IMG/VR virus record: IMGVR_UViG_3300042462_000689
Length of the DNA stretch: 64,000 bases
Strand: one strand, 5' to 3'
DNA from: a virus
Of the stretch, positions 58,485 to 64,000 are shown in pieces. The position numbers and the translations under genes were made by a program. How positions within the stretch are numbered: position 1 is the stretch's first letter; each line of letters starts with the position of its first letter. Below the pieces are notes generated by a model. The model was not told the DNA's origin, did no database searches, and worked only from the letters and a program-made list of their open reading frames with translations.

Positions 58485-60779
58485 ATGACTTCTGCAATTC
58501 TTCCAACTCTTCTCGCATCCGGCGCTGGCGCCGCCGGCGGTCAATTCCTTCACGGCGGCAGCGGCTGGCGTCGCGGCGCAATTCGCGGTGCGGGTGCCGG
58601 CCTGGGTGCCACAGCGGGCGCGACAGGAGCATCAATGCTGGCTTCCGCATTGGGTGCCGGTGAAAATACAGATTCCATCGCGCGCCTGATCGGTGCCCTT
58701 GGCGGCGGCTACGGTGGATATTTGCTATCCCGCAAATTCACCAAAACCCCCGGCGAGGATGCCAAGGATCAGATCGACGCTCATCAGAAAAGGGCCAATA
58801 CCGAATCGGGTGGTGAGTCAGCCCTGCTCAAATACCTCCACAAAGGACTGGGATACATTCCCAGTGGGGTGGGCGGTGCCGCGGCCATTGGTGCAGGACT
58901 TGGTGGTATTGGGGGCATTGCGAACTCCGGTATGCTGCCAGGTGCGGTGCGCGGAGGACTGGCAGGAGCTGGATTTGCTGGTGGTGGTCTCCTTGGGGAC
59001 TTCGCCAATGACGCCATGGGCGTCAAGAATCCATTGCTGCGTATGGGTATTGGGGCAGGCAGCCGCCTGCTCGGTGCGCACACAGGATACACGCTCGGCA
59101 AGAAGCTCACCAAGACCCGCAAGGAGCAATTGGATGACGCTATGTACGAGTGGTACAACAATGCCAATGCGGGTCTCAATGCGCCGCCGGGAATGAAGAT
59201 GGCCAATGCCGACGGAGCCATTCCAAAGCCGATCGCGCCGATTTCGACTGTGCCTGGAGGTTTGGGGGGAGCCCCAAAATCCACGCCATCTTTTACTCCA
59301 CAGCCGAAGGCACCGCAGTCTACACCGACGCCTCCAACCGGACCGTCTAATTTTGCCGCACCATCGCGCGTGCCGAATGCCACAGCGGAGCGGCAGGCAA
59401 GGCTTAACAAGGAGTTTGGTGGGATGCGTCCAGGCAATCCGCTCGGCGACTCGCGACCCGATCCACGCCCCGGCGCGGTTCGCACGCTTACCCCGCAGGG
59501 GAACGGACAAACCTGGACGACAGAGGTTCCGCGGGTGAGCGATGACTACGATCGTATTGTACGCGGAATTCAGGATCGCCGGCAGGCGGCCCGAGATAAG
59601 GCCTACGCCGACAGCCTCACAACTGGACAGCAACCAACACCTGAAGGGCGGGCGGCATGGCATAAGGCACGACCAGTCAATTTTGAACAAGAGATGCGCG
59701 ATGTGCGCGCGGAGGCCGATAAGGCAGCTGGGCCGCAAGCCCAGACATGGGCGCCAGTAATTCCTACCGCCCTGACGCCAGAGCAGACGCAGACCATGAT
59801 CGGACGGCCTCACGCCTACAACGGCATGATCATGCCGGATGGCTCGCTGGGCTACGCCACCCCCTCCGATGAGCAGGTAGCCGCGCTCAACGCCCAGCAG
59901 CAGATGCGCCAGCACCAGCAGGCGCAGGCCGCGCTCGTGCAGCGACACCCCGAACTCGGACAGGAAGGCACTCCAGAGCACACCGCGTTCGTCGCAGCCT
60001 ACAAGGCGCAGAAGGCCGAAGGCAAGACGCCGGACATGAATGCCATTGCGCAGGAGGTGTACGCGCCGAAAGCCCAGACACCCGCGCCGTCGGCGACACC
60101 ACCAGCGACACCACCAGCGACACCACCGGCGACACCACCGGCGACACCACCGGCGACACCACCAGCGACACCACCAGCGACACCACCAGCGACACCACCG
60201 GCGACACCAGCAACACCGCCTACGGACGTTCTGGATACGAAGTTCGTGGAGGGCTCCGGGCTGTACAAACCTCAGAAATTTGACTACGACGAGGCGCAAG
60301 AGGTCACGGCGGGGCGTTTCGCGGACCAATCCCCGGATAGTGCTGGGGCGGCAATTCAGAGGGCTTTCTTGGATAAAGGGGAGTTCCATAAGGCGGACCG
60401 CCAGGTGGCGCAAGTGCGCGAAAAACTGACGGCGGCCCAGGCCGGGTTAGCAGAAGCCCGCGATGCGGGTAATGGTCCAAAAGCAACAGAGGCTCTAAAA
60501 GCCATCAATTGGCTAAAGTCATTGGAATCCGAGCTTAAAAAGAGGCATGCTTACCATGCCAGGAGCTTGGCTGCCAATCCCATGGCGCCGACGCAGCAAT
60601 CCGATACCATGCCTAGCGCACAATCCATATGGGAGAACGCACGGGCCGTCAAAAAGGGGCTGGCACCTGGCGCGTATGATGGATCTTTTGGATACCGCCC
60701 AGATTTCCTGGAGGCGCATCTTCCCACATGGCTGCAGGCAAGCCAGGACGCGCCCATACATCCCTCGGCGCCCGTTTAG
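58485..60779 (+). CDS. Gly-rich, Pro-rich putative internal virion protein
   Basis: Two glycine-zipper-like blocks (GAGLGATAGATGA; GAGLGGIGG...GAGFAGGGLLG), QKRAN and MKMAN motifs, ATPP tandem repeat. Confidence 0.55.
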   Translation: MTSAILPTLLASGAGAAGGQFLHGGSGWRRGAIRGAGAGLGATAGATGASMLASALGAGENTDSIARLIGALGGGYGGYLLSRKFTKTPGEDAKDQIDAHQKRANTESGGESALLKYLHKGLGYIPSGVGGAAAIGAGLGGIGGIANSGMLPGAVRGGLAGAGFAGGGLLGDFANDAMGVKNPLLRMGIGAGSRLLGAHTGYTLGKKLTKTRKEQLDDAMYEWYNNANAGLNAPPGMKMANADGAIPKPIAPISTVPGGLGGAPKSTPSFTPQPKAPQSTPTPPTGPSNFAAPSRVPNATAERQARLNKEFGGMRPGNPLGDSRPDPRPGAVRTLTPQGNGQTWTTEVPRVSDDYDRIVRGIQDRRQAARDKAYADSLTTGQQPTPEGRAAWHKARPVNFEQEMRDVRAEADKAAGPQAQTWAPVIPTALTPEQTQTMIGRPHAYNGMIMPDGSLGYATPSDEQVAALNAQQQMRQHQQAQAALVQRHPELGQEGTPEHTAFVAAYKAQKAEGKTPDMNAIAQEVYAPKAQTPAPSATPPATPPATPPATPPATPPATPPATPPATPPATPPATPATPPTDVLDTKFVEGSGLYKPQKFDYDEAQEVTAGRFADQSPDSAGAAIQRAFLDKGEFHKADRQVAQVREKLTAAQAGLAEARDAGNGPKATEALKAINWLKSLESELKKRHAYHARSLAANPMAPTQQSDTMPSAQSIWENARAVKKGLAPGAYDGSFGYRPDFLEAHLPTWLQASQDAPIHPSAPV
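60093..60221 (+). repeat. 12-bp coding tandem repeat (ATPP x9 plus partial)
   Basis: GCGACACCACC(A/G) nine times, 60093-60200. Confidence 0.95.
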
Positions 60780-60840
60780 CGAATAAACAAACCACGGCGA
60801 ATGCCCAAAAGGCTCCGTCGTGTACAAATCAAATGAGTGA

Positions 60841-62013
60841 ATGACGAAACGAAAATTTTACAAGACCACGATCACGGTGACGGTGCTGAGTGAGGAGCCA
60901 CTTGAAGGACACCGACATTCCCTGGCGGACGTGGTATTTGGAATTACCGAAGGGGATTGGAGCGGAGAGTATGCTATAGCGGGCAGGCAGGAATTGAACG
61001 GCTTGCAGGCGGTAAATGAATTACTCCGGCAGGGTATCGACCCTGGATTCTTTCGCCTATGCGAACATGGGCATGACAATTACAGCGACGATGACGAGCC
61101 GGAGATCGCTGACGGCGCACCACCCACCTGCATCCTCACTGGAAAGCCCGGCGAAGACCCCGATGATTGCACGACCCACGAGCACGAGAAGCGTCCGTGA
61201 GGTATTTGGCACACCGTAAATAAACCCTTGCAATTGATTCCAATTGCGCTCAAATCAAATACGAAAGGATATAAATCCATGAAAAACAACAACATCGAAA
61301 ACAACTGGCTGCCATTGCCCGCCCCTGCTGGCGTAATTCCGACGCACTACATGGTCGGAGCCGACAAGGTGCCTGCAAGCGCCGATCCGCAACTGCTGCA
61401 GGACGCCACCCACTACTGCGTGGATTATGTGGAAGCCACACGCCCGGCCTACATCGGAGCGGAGGCGATGCCTGACATCGTCGGCCTCCCGCAGGTGCTG
61501 CCCCATGGCGGACACTCCGCAAAGGAGCAGGCCTTCTGGGCCTCCCTCGGCGTCGAAGTCTAAAGCCAGGCCGCCATCCAAAACCTTCACCAGATCCGGC
61601 GACGGGAGCAATCTCGTCGCCGGATTCTTTTTGACCAATGAAGGCAACAAGGGCCACCGAGAAACCAAAGACAATTGACGAAGTGGCAGGCAAGCCCGCC
61701 GGCTCCTTTGCCAAGTTTCTCACGGCACAAAACCGACTGATGGAAATGCAAGAGAGCGCACGGAAGCGACGCATCAAAGCAGCACGCAAATCAAGTGAGT
61801 AATTTCGACCCTGATGCACCCACCGCCCCATGTCACAGCGATTGGATATTGTACGCCCGCCGCTTGAAACATGAGCGGGACCAGGCGCGCAAAACAATTG
61901 AAAGTTTCGGCAGCTGGCTGGACCACTGGAGCCCCAAATGGGAAAAGAATCCGGCTGACGTATACGAGGCCTGGGACGAAGCACGACAACCTAAGAAAAC
62001 AAAAAACAAATGA
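60841..62013 (+). CDS. Accessory ORFs (60841..61200, 61279..61563, 61795..62013)
   Basis: Small + strand ORFs with A-rich start contexts. Confidence 0.5.
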
Positions 62014-62600
62014 CTGAAGAAAACGTAGCACCCCAATTCGACATCGGAGATCGCGTAACCAAGATCAAAGGCTCCAAATGGACGGGAATCATCGTCGGCT
62101 TTTACTGCACCGAATTGACACCCATCGGCTATGCCGTGGAGAGCGAGGCAGAGAAAGGATCGGTGCAGATTTATCCGGAGGCGGCGCTGGTCGCCCATCC
62201 GTGGCGCACTGCCGCGAGCGGGCGTGTCCTGCTGGAGCACACCAAGATCCCATTGATGGGTGACGCGCGTCCGCCATTGACGGTGCGTGTGGTGGATGAC
62301 TGTTTCGGGCTGACCGCGTTCTTACGCGTCCAGGAGCCCCCGACAAAGTCGGACCTAGACTGCCCGCAAGTCACGGTGGACTATTGCGAGGGGCGGCTTC
62401 AAATTCTCATTTACGAAGGAAACGACGCCCCCGCGGTGAGCATCCGTTTGCGCGACGGGAAGATCCATGAAGTGGCGGTTGCAAATGTCGGACGGGATGT
62501 CCGGATTCCTGTGGTGGATTTTGTGAAGGACACGGATTGGGACAAGAAGCCGTATCGTCCGATGAAGAAAACCAAAACCAAGGCCAAGAAAACCAAATGA
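62010..62600 (+). CDS. DfrB/R67 (type II) dihydrofolate reductase domain fused to an unknown C-terminal domain
   Basis: [51 protein letters not shown] is collinear with R67 DHFR, including the VQIY active-site motif. Confidence 0.88.
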   Translation: MTEENVAPQFDIGDRVTKIKGSKWTGIIVGFYCTELTPIGYAVESEAEKGSVQIYPEAALVAHPWRTAASGRVLLEHTKIPLMGDARPPLTVRVVDDCFGLTAFLRVQEPPTKSDLDCPQVTVDYCEGRLQILIYEGNDAPAVSIRLRDGKIHEVAVANVGRDVRIPVVDFVKDTDWDKKPYRPMKKTKTKAKKTK

Positions 62601-63500
62601 GTGATCTCGTTGAGTTTAAGAATGCAGTAAAGGCCGCCGGGCTCAATCCGGACGAGATGTACGCGACAGAGATGTTCGTGCCGTCGTTCTGGCGAAAGAG
62701 CCAGTCGGAGGACTTCGACACAGCGCTCAAAGAGGGCGCTGTGTATCCCGGAGAACCGTGCGCAGGATACACCTGCTATGCGGATTCCATGACGAATGCG
62801 CGGGTTGCCGCGACGTGCATCGACAGCAGCTCGATCGAGAACGACCTTACGGTCAGGCTCGTCATCGACGGGGTGCTGATCGGGGATCTCGACATCAGGA
62901 GGTGCTTCTAATGAAAGCCTTCTGGATGGAGATGATGATACGGGACGGTGAAGGTGCGAATCACACGCACGAGCACCGCACTGACCGACACGGCATTTGC
63001 GTGCCGGTGTATTACGTGTGGCAGGAGTCTCCCGAGGATTTGCATGTGCAGATCCGAAGCGGAGGCGACAACCTGCGGCCGTGGTATTCGGACAAATGCG
63101 GGGACTACATCGTCCCTAACCCGTATGCCTGCGGCGGTTCGCTTGCGAGGTGCTACCACATCTCGTTCGCTGCCAATCCGGTTCTCGGGCTCGGTAGGGC
63201 TGATGAGGAATACCTACTCCGGCTGGAGGAGTTCTGGCCTTCGCCGAACTCTCCGCATTGGCCGGGAAGCAAGGAGGTCAAAAGCTACGAACGGAAGATT
63301 GCCGCCTACATCAAGAAAGGGAGGTCAAAATGAGCACTCTGGAGCAGCTCCGGGAAGAAGTGGTCAGGCTCCAATCGGAGAATGAGCAATTGCGGCGGGA
63401 GGTGATGCGGCTGCGAAATGAGGCCAATCAGCTGGGGTTGCTGGGTTACCCTCTCCCGCCGATCATACACCCACCGACGGCACCAGGGCCGCGCTGCTGA
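62597..63500 (+). CDS. Three accessory ORFs (62597..62911, 62911..63333, 63330..63500)
   Basis: Overlapped chain. Confidence 0.55.
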
Positions 63501-63501
63501 G

Positions 63502-63532
63502 TGAAATAAGGGGTCCCATAGGGGCATATAAT
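63502..63532 (+). promoter_or_regulatory. Bipartite promoter-like motif, copy 4
   Basis: TGAAATAA-N13-GGCATATAAT, intergenic. Confidence 0.55.
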
Positions 63533-63533
63533 A

Positions 63534-63785
63534 ATGAACATGAACACTCGTATTCAATCGTTGTTCGTTGCCCTGTTGCAACGATTCACAATGTGGGTCC
63601 TCGGACTGGGATCCCTGTACCTCGCAGCCAGCTTCCTCATGGTCCCTAGTTGGACCTTTGAGGCGGATGGCCTCCACAGGTGGACCCCGATCGTGGGGTT
63701 CTGCACGTTCGGTTTCGGCGGCGCCGTCGCCGGCCTCCGGCTGTGCACATTGGCCCTACGACCACTGCGGTTCAGGAACCGCTAA
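63534..63785 (+). CDS. Small membrane protein (two hydrophobic segments)
   Basis: FTMWVLGLGSLYLAASFLMV and IVGFCTFGFGGAVAGL. Confidence 0.55.
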   Translation: MNMNTRIQSLFVALLQRFTMWVLGLGSLYLAASFLMVPSWTFEADGLHRWTPIVGFCTFGFGGAVAGLRLCTLALRPLRFRNR

Positions 63786-63800
63786 ACCAACAACTCAACC

Positions 63801-63840
63801 AAAGGCCGCGCTGGCTATAAATCAGCGCGGCCTTTTCTTT
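63801..63840 (+). terminator. Intrinsic terminator
   Basis: AAAGGCCGCGCTG-GCTATAAAT-CAGCGCGGCCTTT-TCTTT. Confidence 0.75.
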
Positions 63841-63844
63841 CGCA

Positions 63845-64000
63845 ATGAAAATCACACCTGAAGAACACCTGGCCCGAATCATCGACGCCTGCAACCACAA
63901 GCTGGACATAGGGGACTGCGACGAACTCACACGCTCCGGTTTGCTATCCACCATCGCCGCCATCCGCGGACTGGTCCCCGTCATCGAAGTGAATGACAAA
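63845..64000 (+). CDS. Partial ORF running off the window
   Basis: cgcaATG MKITPEEHLARIIDACNH..., no stop before window end. Confidence 0.45.
   Translation, partial: MKITPEEHLARIIDACNHKLDIGDCDELTRSGLLSTIAAIRGLVPVIEVNDK

Noticed and set aside
58283-58663. 126-aa ORF spanning the long hairpin
   Set aside because: Crosses a 25-bp inverted repeat and overlaps the 58485 gene out of frame; Arg-rich C-terminus is typical of a shadow frame
1810-60413. Long minus-strand ORFs (e.g. 1810..2925, 14900..16189, 33908..36250, 55224..55958, 58818..60413)
   Set aside because: They are antisense shadows of GC3-biased + strand genes with recognisable motifs; their translations have no domain signatures
1-64000. 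tRNA/rRNA genes and stop-codon reassignment
   Set aside because: No T-loop/acceptor-stem pattern was found by eye in intergenic gaps (tRNAscan-SE would be decisive); conserved genes are uninterrupted in the standard code and TAG, TGA and TAA all end genes

Overview
A 64-kb segment of a large (probably jumbo) tailed dsDNA phage genome. Essentially all genes are on the + strand, tightly packed, in the standard genetic code. No rRNA, tRNA or CRISPR array was recognised. All family assignments are by-eye motif recognition; no database search was run. Left part (1-26 kb): replication and recombination genes (Fic protein, DnaB-like helicase, HD nucleotidase, putative initiator with internal palindromic repeats, DnaG-type primase, UDG-fused family-A DNA polymerase, Pro-rich putative SSB/scaffold, RecA, RecQ) mixed with small accessory ORFs. 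Middle and right (26.8-60.8 kb): virion-type genes (portal-like, Gly/Ala-rich proteins) and three collinear fragments of a bacterial-like multisubunit RNA polymerase (beta-N, beta-mid, beta-C fused to the start of beta'), plus GIY-YIG and HNH endonucleases. Most notable: (1) an intein in PolA motif B whose homing endonuclease is encoded out of frame, as a nested +1-frame HNH ORF; (2) a 1357-aa polyprotein joining the RNAP beta N-terminus to an Acb1-like 2H phosphodiesterase, a DUF6624-like domain and other modules, with K-x-A motifs at module borders that recur in other virion-type proteins (possible processing or packaging signal); (3) a four-copy bipartite promoter-like motif TGAAATA(C/A)-N13-G(T/G)CA(T/C)ATA; (4) a DfrB/R67 dihydrofolate-reductase domain fused to an unknown domain; (5) an RRM RNA-binding protein and a 51-aa gene bracketed by 41-bp palindromic direct repeats.
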